64,000 nt of DNA from Minisyncoccota bacterium (GTDB lineage Bacteria; Patescibacteriota; Minisyncoccia; Phycocordibacterales; UBA2100), in NCBI GenBank assembly GCA_035559235.1, contig DATMBM010000004.1:4684-68683 (forward strand). The letters are read 5' to 3'. Numbering within the stretch: position 1 is the first letter of the stretch; every line of letters begins with the position of its first letter. Shown in pieces: positions 1 through 16,090 of this stretch. The position numbers and the translations under genes are program-made. The notes below the pieces were generated by a model. That model was given only the letters and a program-made list of their open reading frames with translations, searched no databases and had not been told where the DNA came from.

Positions 1-6915
<6,915 letters not shown>

Positions 6916-6934
6916 GAGCTTACATAAAAGAGGA

Positions 6935-6960
6935 CGGCTCGCGTGCATCTGCGCGAGCCG
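6935..6960 (+). terminator. Hairpin after rpoBC
   Basis: cggctcgcg...cgcgagccg inverted repeat; weak U-tract. Confidence 0.5.
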
Positions 6961-6985
6961 TGCTGACGTTTGCTATGATGCGCCT

Positions 6986-8752
6986 ATGGCCGACACCGTC
7001 CAACAGATCAAAGACCGGCTCAGCATCGTCGATGTGGTCGGGCAATACTGCAAACTGCAGCGTGCGGGGCAGAATTACCGCGCGCTATGCCCCTTTCATG
7101 CCGAGCGGACGCCGTCCTTCATCGTCTCGCCGGACAGGGGCACCTACCACTGCTTCGGCTGCGGTGCGCACGGCGACATCTTCTCGTTTATCGAAGCAAT
7201 CGAAGGCGTTGATTTTAAAGGCGCGATGAAAATGCTGGCGGAGCGCGCGGGCGTGCCGCTCGTCTTCTCTGGGCGCGAGAAAAGGGAAGACACCGACCGT
7301 CTGTTCGAAGCGATGGAAACCGCGGCGTTGTTCTACCAATCGAAACTAACCGACGAAGCAAAAAAATACTTAAAAGAACGCGGGCTCAGGGAAGAAACCA
7401 TCCGTGCATTCAGGCTCGGGTGGGCATCCGATGCGTGGAGCGATGCGTCAGACCATCTACGGCGGAAAAAATTCACGAACAAAGAAATCGTGGACGCGGG
7501 ACTCGCAAAAAAACCCGCCTCGACTCGCGATCTGTCTCGTCAAGGCGAAGCCGTGGCGGACGGTTCGTCGACGCGAGGCGGGGGAGAAAAGGCAAGCCTC
7601 ACCGACAAGTTCCGCAATCGCATCATGTTTCCGATTTTCGATACTGCGGGGCGCGTCGTGGCGTTTTCCGGCCGCACGTTCGGCGAGAAAGCGCATCCGG
7701 ACGCGCCGAAATATCTCAATTCGCCGGAGACGGCGCTCTATCATAAATCGCGCATACTCTACGGCTTTGATCGCGCGAAACAGAGTATCCGCAAGCACAA
7801 TTTCGCCGTCCTTGTCGAAGGCCAGATGGACTTAGTGATGAGCCACCAAGCGGGGTGGTCAAACACGGTCGCCGTCTCCGGAACCGCCTTTACGCCCGAG
7901 CACGCCGCGCTCCTGAAGCGGATGAGCGAAAACCTGGTGATCGCGCTCGATCCCGACGAGGCTGGCTTCAAGGCGGCATCGCGCGCCGCGCGCGCCGCGC
8001 TGCAGCAGGGCATGAACGTAAAGGTTGCGCAGCTGCCAAAGGGCCTCGACCCGGCCGATTTGATCGTCAAAGAAGGGGCAGAGGCGTGGCGCGCCGCGAT
8101 CCGTGGCGCCAAAGACATCATCACGTTCCTCCTGGATGTGCTGCAGGAAAACGCGAAGACCGCCGACCAATTCCGTCGTTCCGTCGAGTCGATCGTGCTT
8201 CCGTTCCTCGCCGACGTGCAGAGCCCGATCGCGCGCGAGCAATACCAGAAAGAGATTGCGAAGCGTCTCGGCGTCTCCGAATCGGCCGTGGAAAAAACGA
8301 CCACCACCATACAGAAGTCGTTGACCTACCATGTGGTCCCTCGCAAAGAAGCTCGTCCGGCTGACGCGCCAAACCGCATCAAGCAGGCATACGGGCTGTT
8401 GTTGTGGCAGGAGACATTGCAGAAACCGATGATCGATACCGATGTCTTTGCCCGTGAATTGGAAGGCGCGATCGGAAAGGAGCATATGGACGAGCTGCGA
8501 CGTCTACCGCTTGATGACAAGGAAACCCTGCGGTTCTTCGCGGAGCAATTGCATGGGCGGAACTCGTCGCTTCAGCAATCCGCAAAGACGCTCCTCGCGG
8601 TGCTGCGCCGCGACAAGCTCCAGACAGAATTACAGGAAACGACGGCGGCGCTGCGCGCCGCCGAGGCTCGGGAAGATATGGGGGAGATCGAACGTCTCTC
8701 AGAAGAGGCGCGTACGCTGACCACCGTCATTGCGCAATTAACGGAAAAATGA
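6986..8752 (+). CDS. dnaG: DNA primase
   Basis: CPFH...CFGC zinc finger, KYLNSPET, TOPRIM motifs EGQMD and DPD..G. Confidence 0.97.
   Translation: MADTVQQIKDRLSIVDVVGQYCKLQRAGQNYRALCPFHAERTPSFIVSPDRGTYHCFGCGAHGDIFSFIEAIEGVDFKGAMKMLAERAGVPLVFSGREKREDTDRLFEAMETAALFYQSKLTDEAKKYLKERGLREETIRAFRLGWASDAWSDASDHLRRKKFTNKEIVDAGLAKKPASTRDLSRQGEAVADGSSTRGGGEKASLTDKFRNRIMFPIFDTAGRVVAFSGRTFGEKAHPDAPKYLNSPETALYHKSRILYGFDRAKQSIRKHNFAVLVEGQMDLVMSHQAGWSNTVAVSGTAFTPEHAALLKRMSENLVIALDPDEAGFKAASRAARAALQQGMNVKVAQLPKGLDPADLIVKEGAEAWRAAIRGAKDIITFLLDVLQENAKTADQFRRSVESIVLPFLADVQSPIAREQYQKEIAKRLGVSESAVEKTTTTIQKSLTYHVVPRKEARPADAPNRIKQAYGLLLWQETLQKPMIDTDVFARELEGAIGKEHMDELRRLPLDDKETLRFFAEQLHGRNSSLQQSAKTLLAVLRRDKLQTELQETTAALRAAEAREDMGEIERLSEEARTLTTVIAQLTEK
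7514..7582. repeat. 69-bp nested palindrome inserted in frame in dnaG
   Basis: Outer arms cccgcctcg/cgaggcggg; inner hairpin with ggc-GAA-gcc loop; encodes PASTRDLSRQGEAVADGSSTRGG. Confidence 0.65.
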
Positions 8753-8856
8753 TATATTTTCGGTGTTCAGACAGCGCCTGAGATAGGCGGTGTTTTCTAT
8801 ACCGTATTACTCTACGCTTCACAGCATTTTCACGTTAACTTCACAGGATAGCCACC

Positions 8857-10092
8857 ATGGTCAAAAAGAAAGCCAAAAAAGCAAAGTCGAAACGGAAGGC
8901 GCGACCAGCGCGCGCTTCGCGCGCGTCTGAACGTTCGGCGAAGCGCGGCGCAAAGAAAGTAAAGGCGCAGAAGGCGCCGAAAAGGGCAGTGCGCCAGAGC
9001 GCCGGCTCCGCGCAGGCAAAGAAAGACCAGAAGGTTGAGTCGTTGATCACACTCGGCCGCGAGCGCGGCTACGTCACGTATGACGAGATCATGCGCGAGT
9101 TCCCGCACATCGAGGATGACGTGCTGCTCCTTGAGGAGATGTACGAGCGCTTCGGCGCCGCAGGCATCGACGTCCTCGAAGGCGGCAACATACTCGAAGA
9201 TACCTCCGCGCAGGACATTTTAGAGAAGAAGAAGCTGCAGCACCGTCGCGCCGACAGCGCCTACGATTCCGTGCAGATGTACCTGCGCGAAATTGGCCAG
9301 TACCCGCTTTTGACGGCCGCGCAGGAGCGCGAGCTTGCGAAGCGTATCGGCGAAGGCGACGAAGAGGCGCGCTCGATTCTGGCGCGCTCCAACCTCCGCC
9401 TGGTGGTCTCGATCGCGAAAAAGTACGTCAATCGCAGCCCGGATTTGACGCTCCTCGACCTCATTCAGGAGGGGAACCTCGGCCTCTTCAAGGCTGTCGA
9501 CAAGTTCGACTTCACCAAGGGCTTCAAATTCTCGACCTATGCGACCTGGTGGATCCGCCAGGCGATTACGCGCGCGCTTGCAGACCAATCGCGCACCATC
9601 CGCATCCCGGTGCACATGGTGGAAACCATCGCGAAGTACAAGCAAAAAGTGCGCGAGCTCTCACAGCACCTTGGCCGTGACCCGCTGCCCGAAGAAATCG
9701 CGGCAGAAATGGGCATCGAAGTGGAAAAGATTTACACCATCCAGAAGATTAACCAGGATACCGTCTCGTTGGAATCACCGGTCGGCGATGATGACGACGA
9801 ACGCTCAACCCTTGGCTCGTTCATTGCCGACGAGACGATCGCCGCGCCCGACCAGGACGCGTCGCGCCGCATCCTTTCCGAGCAAATGGGAGCCATCCTC
9901 GACGAATTGTCCCCGAAAGAGCGCAAAATCCTCGAAATGCGCAACGGCCTGACCGAAGACGGCATTTGCTACACATTGGAAGAAGTCGGTCGTGAATTCG
10001 GCGTCACGCGCGAACGCATCCGTCAGATTGAAGCAAAGGCGCTGGAGCGCATTAGGTTCCACGAGCGAGCAAAGCAGTTGAAATCGTACTAG
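8857..10092 (+). CDS. rpoD: Primary sigma-70 factor with Lys/Arg/Ala-rich N-terminal tail
   Basis: [45 protein letters not shown]; follows dnaG. Confidence 0.96.
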   Translation: MVKKKAKKAKSKRKARPARASRASERSAKRGAKKVKAQKAPKRAVRQSAGSAQAKKDQKVESLITLGRERGYVTYDEIMREFPHIEDDVLLLEEMYERFGAAGIDVLEGGNILEDTSAQDILEKKKLQHRRADSAYDSVQMYLREIGQYPLLTAAQERELAKRIGEGDEEARSILARSNLRLVVSIAKKYVNRSPDLTLLDLIQEGNLGLFKAVDKFDFTKGFKFSTYATWWIRQAITRALADQSRTIRIPVHMVETIAKYKQKVRELSQHLGRDPLPEEIAAEMGIEVEKIYTIQKINQDTVSLESPVGDDDDERSTLGSFIADETIAAPDQDASRRILSEQMGAILDELSPKERKILEMRNGLTEDGICYTLEEVGREFGVTRERIRQIEAKALERIRFHERAKQLKSY

Positions 10093-10120
10093 GGGCAGGG
10101 AAGGGATTTTGCCCTCCTCG

Positions 10121-10145
10121 AACACGTCCTGAGTGGACGTGTTTT
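10121..10145 (+). terminator. Intrinsic terminator after rpoD
   Basis: aacacgtcc-tgagt-ggacgtgtt followed by T residues. Confidence 0.6.
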
Positions 10146-10229
10146 CGTCACATCTACTGCTGTACATCATCGCGCTTTAGTATTTGCTGCGCGATGTTCT
10201 CGGAAGGCAATATCCCATCCCTGCTCCTT

Positions 10230-10790
10230 TCAAAGCGAATCGCGCTTATCATCTCCGTTTTCCAACGCATCAATCTGTTGTAGAAGCGCGTGTACTTGCG
10301 CCCTCAATTGCGTCAGCAGGTCGCCTCCACCTTTTTCTGTGACGCTGTCGTAGTCTCGTTGTAATGCGCTAGCCAAATTGGGATATTTCCGTCCTATGTC
10401 AGCAACTGTATCGCTAGACACCCTTAACGACGAGCGCATTTCTTTCAATTCGCTCAAATACTTTTCCAATTCCGTTTTGGTGTCGCCGCTCATGCTATCC
10501 AATTTCTCGCCCGTCTCGTATATCAATGCGTTAAGAATTTTACGCGTTTTCTCAACAGATGCTCGCAATTCGTTATCAGCGTTCTTTCGATGTTCATCGA
10601 AAAACGACCTAAGCGTATTTCGGTATTCTGATCCTTGTCGCCACAGAATGACCGTAAATCCGATAGCTAAAATCGCGATTAGTGCTGTGAGAATAGACAC
10701 GGTGACCCCGAGCGGGTTGTACCAGAGGCTTAGTTGCTGATTCGTTTTCTCCAGCACTTCAATGTAGAGGGCCGTGCTCGTTGCGTCCAT
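10230..10790 (-). CDS. Hypothetical single-TM coiled-coil protein
   Basis: 186-aa ORF, N-terminal TM helix then helical region; more AT-rich than its neighbours. Confidence 0.7.
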   Translation of the reverse strand: MDATSTALYIEVLEKTNQQLSLWYNPLGVTVSILTALIAILAIGFTVILWRQGSEYRNTLRSFFDEHRKNADNELRASVEKTRKILNALIYETGEKLDSMSGDTKTELEKYLSELKEMRSSLRVSSDTVADIGRKYPNLASALQRDYDSVTEKGGGDLLTQLRAQVHALLQQIDALENGDDKRDSL

Positions 10791-10795
10791 ATTGT

Positions 10796-11089
10796 TTATG
10801 CCAAATTGTATTTAATGAGAATCGAATCGCCCTCATCGATTCCTTCCTTTCGTCGGACATCAGCCTTGATGGCAAGCAGGTACGGGCCGTCTTTGGTGGG
10901 GAAGAGTGTCGTGTTCCAACTGGTTTCCCCGATTGTCGCCTTGACGCGGACGAATTGGAACCCTACTTTCTTTTTGTTGCGGGTGTAATCCTTGATTTGC
11001 CGCGAGAGCTTTTCGGGAACGTAGACGAAGTACCATCCGCCCGGGCCTTCGTACCGCCACACCTTGCCGCTCACAGTGAATGTCTTCAT
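10796..11089 (-). CDS. DUF1905-like protein
   Basis: GGWYFVYVP, VRVKATIGETSWNTTLFP, LAIKADVRRKEGI. Confidence 0.8.
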   Translation of the reverse strand: MKTFTVSGKVWRYEGPGGWYFVYVPEKLSRQIKDYTRNKKKVGFQFVRVKATIGETSWNTTLFPTKDGPYLLAIKADVRRKEGIDEGDSILIKYNLA

Positions 11090-11133
11090 CCCGAGATGCT
11101 AGCGTACCTGCGAACGACTGTCGAATAAAGAAC

Positions 11134-11158
11134 GGGGCCCGTCCATCGGACGGGCCCC
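11134..11158 (-). terminator. Intrinsic terminator
   Basis: ggggcccgtcc-atc-ggacgggcccc with a T-rich tail on the minus strand. Confidence 0.65.
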
Positions 11159-11163
11159 CATGC

Positions 11164-11835
11164 TTACGCGGCAACTTGTCGCGGCCAGTACTTGCCCCAA
11201 TTTGCTTCAGTGAAGGTTTCTCGGAACGTCTCGTCGCGCCAGTTCATTCTGAAGTCGAGGATAACCTCACTTTGCCACGAATCGCGTCGGAAGACGTACG
11301 TGCGCTGATCGTGATTGGGCCAGCGAATGTGCATCCACAGACAGCAGGTTTTCAGCGGAATATTGTTGTCTTTGGCATGTCGGCGAACCCGATCCTTCCC
11401 GCGGAGGTAGTGACCGATAAGTTGATCGGCCCGAATGCCGCTAAGAGTGGCAGCCGCGCATGGCGCGTGGCCGTAGCATACGAACGTTTCAACTCCCTTA
11501 ATCTCACGTCCTTGGAACGAATGCCGTAAGAGCACCTCGCCGTCGGAGCGCATTTCCGCGGTGAGATCATCCGCGTCGGAAAATAAAAGAGGACCGCCGT
11601 TGAGTGCGGGTGCGTGGTGACATTCGCTTCCACTACACATTTCACGATGGTGTGTCATGCATTCATAGATCTCGTCACCGTCAGCGCACAGTGGAATGAC
11701 TGAACCTTTGTCTGCAACGATACGGTTTGCCTCGTTGGGATCAACGTCCACAAGAACCTGGGCATCCGGCTGACGCAGCCTCCTCAAGAAGACCATGTCT
11801 TGCCGTACGCGCGGATCCAGAAACGATTTTGGCAT
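11164..11835 (-). CDS. Putative beta-class carbonic anhydrase-like protein
   Basis: C-x-D (LCADGD) and H-x-x-C (GHAPCAAA) zinc-ligand pattern; ATG preceded by GAGGGA (alternative GTG start at 11862). Confidence 0.6.
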   Translation of the reverse strand: MPKSFLDPRVRQDMVFLRRLRQPDAQVLVDVDPNEANRIVADKGSVIPLCADGDEIYECMTHHREMCSGSECHHAPALNGGPLLFSDADDLTAEMRSDGEVLLRHSFQGREIKGVETFVCYGHAPCAAATLSGIRADQLIGHYLRGKDRVRRHAKDNNIPLKTCCLWMHIRWPNHDQRTYVFRRDSWQSEVILDFRMNWRDETFRETFTEANWGKYWPRQVAA

Positions 11836-11939
11836 CGCTTCCCTCGTTTGGTTAGAGTTCACCTCTAAGCACCTAAGAACAGGTACCGTCGGCCATCCTA
11901 CGCCTCTTTACGCCTCATTTCAAGCGCCGCATTCGGCCT

Positions 11940-11967
11940 TTGACTGCGCGGAGAAATACGCTATAGT
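11940..11967 (+). promoter_or_regulatory. Sigma70 promoter, near-leaderless
   Basis: TTGACT-N16-TATAGT, 8 nt before ATG 11976. Confidence 0.65.
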
Positions 11968-11975
11968 CATCCACC

Positions 11976-13052
11976 ATGTGTGCAAAAAACGGCTCATACA
12001 CGGGCGATTTGAGGGAATTCATTTTGAATAGGAATGAGGAGCAGTCAGCGGCGTTTCGCTCGGCAGCTGCGCGTCTTGCGCGGACACGGTATCGTGCCGA
12101 GCATCCGACCGAAATTGCGGCGTGGAAATGCATGGACGGGCGTTTGAATCTTGCGGTATATACGAAGACACCACCCGGCATTATCCAGCCATTCCGCAAC
12201 ATCGGTGGCAAATTCGACCTTGGGTGGCCTTTTTTTCAGGAGACCATAAAGGGCTGGGCGAATTATTCGCTGCATCGCGGGCGTCGGTGTTTGATTCTCG
12301 TCACCTATCACTTTTCGAAAGGTGACCATCATCGCGGCTGCGCCGGCTGGAAATATGACACCGGTGCGGCGCACGCTGCGGCAAAAAAACTGGCCGAGCA
12401 GACCGAAGGCGTCTTCGGCAAAACACCGCGCATGGTGTATCCGGTCGTCGTCGGCGTCGAAACCGACGAAGAAGGGCTCGTCGTGCATGGGGCAAATGGG
12501 GATTCGATTGATATGGAAGCGCTCGGCTCGTTGGAAGGCCTCGAAGAAAAGATCCGAGATATGTTCCCCGACATGGATCTCCAGATGGCACAGGATTTCC
12601 TTCCGCTTCTGAAAGGCAACTGGGAACATATCCGCGATATTCGTGCGGAAAACCGGCCGCCGATCGATTTGGAACATCGCGAACAGATCATTGCAGTCGG
12701 CCGTGGATTCGATTGGCTGCATTTGCCGAATAAGGCGCTTATCATTGGCCCCTATTCGCACGAATGGCCCTCAGCGGTCGCGACAGCAGGGAAGATCATC
12801 TTGGGTAATTTGAATGACGGACGCGTCCCAAAGGAAGAAGGTGTGCTGCTTCTTCTCTCATCACTTTCGCGCGATGAGGAGGGAAGTTTTGGATGGAACA
12901 TGGCGATTGAAAAGGCCAAATACCTCGAACGAGTCTCGAAGGACATTCTGCTCGAACAGGTGCCGGAATTGAAGGATTCGTTGCAGGTTTTTGCCGGTGT
13001 TACGTTTGCCGATACAAGAAAGCTGCATCCGCTCGGTGATTCACACGCATAA
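11976..13052 (+). CDS. CsoSCA-like (carboxysome-type) carbonic anhydrase
   Basis: KCMDGR, YHFSKGDHHRGCAG and C-terminal HREQIIAVGRGFD resemble CsoSCA motifs as recalled. Confidence 0.75.
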   Translation: MCAKNGSYTGDLREFILNRNEEQSAAFRSAAARLARTRYRAEHPTEIAAWKCMDGRLNLAVYTKTPPGIIQPFRNIGGKFDLGWPFFQETIKGWANYSLHRGRRCLILVTYHFSKGDHHRGCAGWKYDTGAAHAAAKKLAEQTEGVFGKTPRMVYPVVVGVETDEEGLVVHGANGDSIDMEALGSLEGLEEKIRDMFPDMDLQMAQDFLPLLKGNWEHIRDIRAENRPPIDLEHREQIIAVGRGFDWLHLPNKALIIGPYSHEWPSAVATAGKIILGNLNDGRVPKEEGVLLLLSSLSRDEEGSFGWNMAIEKAKYLERVSKDILLEQVPELKDSLQVFAGVTFADTRKLHPLGDSHA

Positions 13053-13102
13053 AGAAGCCGCCGGCTATTCGCCGGCGGTCGAAGGAATAGGATTATGCAG
13101 CC

Positions 13103-13345
13103 TCACAGTCTGATGCGATCTGCTTTGAGCGCGCGCGCGTACTCAACTGGGCACAGCTTGATGTCGGCCGTGCGCGCATGATTCCGGACGAAATAGAAAA
13201 TGGAACGCGCCTCATCATGGCTGCCCCTGACGGGCGCCGGACTCATTTCCTTAGTTGCTCGTGATCGGATCTCGTTGAAATCGGCATGCGTGACCTCATC
13301 CTGGAGACGTCCTACAAAAACGTCGATTTCGCGAGGGTCGTCCAT
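13103..13345 (-). CDS. Hypothetical protein (80 aa)
   Basis: GGAGG before ATG; fills the gap between two + strand genes. Confidence 0.5.
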   Translation of the reverse strand: MDDPREIDVFVGRLQDEVTHADFNEIRSRATKEMSPAPVRGSHDEARSIFYFVRNHARTADIKLCPVEYARALKADRIRL

Positions 13346-13430
13346 GTAATGCCTCCATTGTCGGAATTGGACTGTAAAAAAATATACTCCTTCATCGCGT
13401 CTAAAACAAGTGTGTTGATATACTGGCGAA

Positions 13431-14360
13431 ATGGCCCGCACGGTAAAAGAAGTGAACGATATGCCGCCCTTGGAGGCCTATAAGCCATTTGAGGGCGATG
13501 AGGCCGCAATTGAAGAGCGCCTGTGGCCGTTCGAGGAGGTCGAGCCCGAGGCGAAAATACCGATTTCGCACTGGAGCCATTCATCGCTTATGGCGTACCT
13601 CCGCAACCCGCTTGCCTGGTACAAGCGGTATGTCGAGCGCGTCTACGACATGCCAGTTACCCCCTCGTCGGTCGTCGGTCGTGCGGGACACGTAGCACTA
13701 CAGCATTTTTATAGCGGCATCCCGAAAGAAGGCGCGATCGACCTCGGGCTTGAATATTTGCGCGGCGTGCCCGATTTCGAGATCAACTTCGGCGTCGCGA
13801 AGACGAAGAAGGCGAAAAAAGAGAAGCGTCTCGGCATGGAGCGGGAATACCTGCAGGCAATCAATTTCTATCTTGCCAAGCCGCCGAAATACGACGTTGT
13901 CGATGTTGAAATCAAGGCGACGGCAACCGTAAAGGGCCTGGCGCTTCCGATCAAGGCCGTTTCCGACCTCGTCGTGCGATCAAAGGTGGACAAAAAGGCC
14001 CTTGATGTCGTCGACCATAAATTCGTCGAGTCGTTTTCGAAACACGGGAAAAACAAGACGCTTTTCGTGATGCAGGCGCTGTTCAATTACTACACGGTCA
14101 CCGAAACGTATCGGCAACCTGTGCGACGATTTATCCTGCACGAGTGCAAGAAGACGAAGAACAAAGACGGCTCATCGCAACTGAAGCGCTACGTAATCGA
14201 ATACGAAAAATGCGCGCGCGAATTCGAGCTGTTCAGACAGCTGGTCAACGATGCGACGGACGATCTCGCAAGACGAAAAGTGTTCCTCCCGAACCCCTCC
14301 GACATGTTTGAGGGTGAGAACTCGTTTGATATTTATCGGTTGGGGCTGGCGAGCGACTAG
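13431..14360 (+). CDS. PD-(D/E)XK nuclease family protein (RecB/AddB/Cas4-like)
   Basis: WSHSSL..Y...P, GRAGHVAL, SDLVV...VVDHK. Confidence 0.75.
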   Translation: MARTVKEVNDMPPLEAYKPFEGDEAAIEERLWPFEEVEPEAKIPISHWSHSSLMAYLRNPLAWYKRYVERVYDMPVTPSSVVGRAGHVALQHFYSGIPKEGAIDLGLEYLRGVPDFEINFGVAKTKKAKKEKRLGMEREYLQAINFYLAKPPKYDVVDVEIKATATVKGLALPIKAVSDLVVRSKVDKKALDVVDHKFVESFSKHGKNKTLFVMQALFNYYTVTETYRQPVRRFILHECKKTKNKDGSSQLKRYVIEYEKCAREFELFRQLVNDATDDLARRKVFLPNPSDMFEGENSFDIYRLGLASD

Positions 14361-15127
14361 AGAAGAGAATCAATCAATCCCTTCACCATGTCGTAGGGTT
14401 GTGCGCCTTCGAGCGGGATCTGCTCACCATCGACGATAAGGACCGAGTGCGGGGTGCCTTGACCACCCGCGGCAACGGCTTCTGCGGCATCTGCATCGAC
14501 GCGCGCCTTGTGCTTCCCGCTAGCGACACATGCCTCGAACTGCGCGACATTGAGCCCAAGCTCCTGCGCAAAGTCAGAAAGCTGGCCGGCGTCGGTAGAC
14601 GAGCGCGGTTCTCGTTCCGTGTACCGCGGCTTCCCGTCTTGTCCCACCGGAATCGTCTCCGGCGTGTTGTAAACGCCGATATCGAGCGAGTTGTTGGCAT
14701 TTGTCCGCTCGTAGAGCATATCGGTAAATTTCCAGAACATTTCATTGCCTCCTTGTTCGGCAGCGCATTCCAGTGCCTCAGCCTGCTTCGGCGCCTTCGG
14801 GTGGAGCGAGGGAATCGGGAAGTGTCGATAGACCCACGCGACATCCCCTGAAGCCCCGTATTCGGAGATGATGCGGTTCATTGTCGTATGGAATTGTTTG
14901 CAGAACGGGCATTCGGTGTCGGAAAATTCAACGACTACGATTTTGGCGTTCGGATTGCCCTTGATGTGGTCATCCTGTTGCACGGTGCGGATTTCTTCCT
15001 GGACGGTCGGCTGGATACCGTTATTCGCCGCGACGGGGCGCGAATTGACGAGGTAGAGCGAGACAGCGATCATTGCGCCCGCGATGATAATCGAGATGGG
15101 TACGGCCATTTTTTGGAGAAATTCCAT
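14357..15127 (-). CDS. Membrane-anchored DsbA-family thiol-disulfide oxidoreductase
   Basis: EFSDTECPFC, YRHFP, GTP cis-Pro loop, GAQPY. Confidence 0.9.
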   Translation of the reverse strand: MEFLQKMAVPISIIIAGAMIAVSLYLVNSRPVAANNGIQPTVQEEIRTVQQDDHIKGNPNAKIVVVEFSDTECPFCKQFHTTMNRIISEYGASGDVAWVYRHFPIPSLHPKAPKQAEALECAAEQGGNEMFWKFTDMLYERTNANNSLDIGVYNTPETIPVGQDGKPRYTEREPRSSTDAGQLSDFAQELGLNVAQFEACVASGKHKARVDADAAEAVAAGGQGTPHSVLIVDGEQIPLEGAQPYDMVKGLIDSLL

Positions 15128-15180
15128 AGGTTCGTTGTTAGGGTAACGGGAGGATTATAGCATGCTTCATAAAAAGGGAA

Positions 15181-15206
15181 GGCGGGGCCGTATGGTAGGC
15201 CCCGCC
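15181..15206 (-). terminator. Intrinsic terminator
   Basis: ggcggggcc...ggccccgcc with ttcccttttt on the minus strand. Confidence 0.6.
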
Positions 15207-15213
15207 AGAGCAT

Positions 15214-15423
15214 CTAGCGATAATAACCGACGAGGGTTTGCATCTCCACGTACCCGAGGATGCGGTAGAGGTTTGTCACCTCACCGTGCATACCCTCCTC
15301 TTTGAGAGCGGCTTGCAGCCGCTCAACGTAGCGCTCCCGGTCACGGTGACTTAGGATAGAAAGTGCCATCGTCGTCCGCGGGTGTTCGCGGGCCGCGGCC
15401 TCCATCTTCTCGATAGGTGTCAT
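15214..15423 (-). CDS. Hypothetical protein (69 aa)
   Basis: GAGGGA before ATG; followed by a terminator. Confidence 0.5.
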   Translation of the reverse strand: MTPIEKMEAAAREHPRTTMALSILSHRDRERYVERLQAALKEEGMHGEVTNLYRILGYVEMQTLVGYYR

Positions 15424-15485
15424 TGTTCCCTCATCTATTTCCCCAGTCCCGTTCTTACTGTGCTCCTTATTCTTTGCAAAGTCAA

Positions 15486-16061
15486 TTAAAACCCCAGCGT
15501 TTTCGTGAGTGACGCTGCCGATGAAGGTGCAAGCCACTGCGAAGTATCCAATTTCACCTCCTTTTTGATACCCAATTCCTTGAAGTGGAGTGAGCCGTTT
15601 TTGAGGGCGTAGTCGAAAATGCCTTTGGTAACCTCGACGTCCTTGAGGCAGTATTCGCGCAACTTTTTGATTTCGCCTTCCTTCCACCACTTCATCGCTT
15701 GCAGGCCGTTTGCAATCTTTTTCTTGCCCAGCGTGCCCTCAGCGATCGCGTCGAGACGCACGCGCCGGCCGAGCACGGCGGAAATTTCTTTCAGAAGGTC
15801 GATCGAGCGAATTTTGGACAAATCGCCGGGATAATATTTGTTGAGAACCGGAATGTCAAAATGGTCAGAATTGAATCCGACCAAGACATCGGTATGCTCC
15901 AAAACCTTCCACAGCTTCGGCAGCTCTTCTTTCAAAAACGAATCGTATGAATCCGTCTCGGAATCGTGGATGCAACAGATCGTCAGTTCCAGATCTTCCG
16001 GCTTCCAGTTCCCGCGGGACACGTCGCCGTAGGTCTCAATATCAAGCGTAACGACACGCAT
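15486..16061 (-). CDS. RNase H-like DEDD-fold protein (RNase_H_2/YprB-like)
   Basis: LDIET, GFNSDHFD, YCLKDV. Confidence 0.85.
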   Translation of the reverse strand: MRVVTLDIETYGDVSRGNWKPEDLELTICCIHDSETDSYDSFLKEELPKLWKVLEHTDVLVGFNSDHFDIPVLNKYYPGDLSKIRSIDLLKEISAVLGRRVRLDAIAEGTLGKKKIANGLQAMKWWKEGEIKKLREYCLKDVEVTKGIFDYALKNGSLHFKELGIKKEVKLDTSQWLAPSSAASLTKTLGF

Positions 16062-16090
16062 GAGTGGCGATTATAACAAACCAACACGCG

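Noticed and set aside
10230-10790. AT-richer gene as part of a mobile element
   Set aside because: Composition hints at acquisition, but no transposase, integrase or terminal repeats are visible
15424-15690. N-terminal extension of ORF 15214..15690
   Set aside because: Overlaps the RNase H-like gene in another frame; an RBS supports the start at 15423
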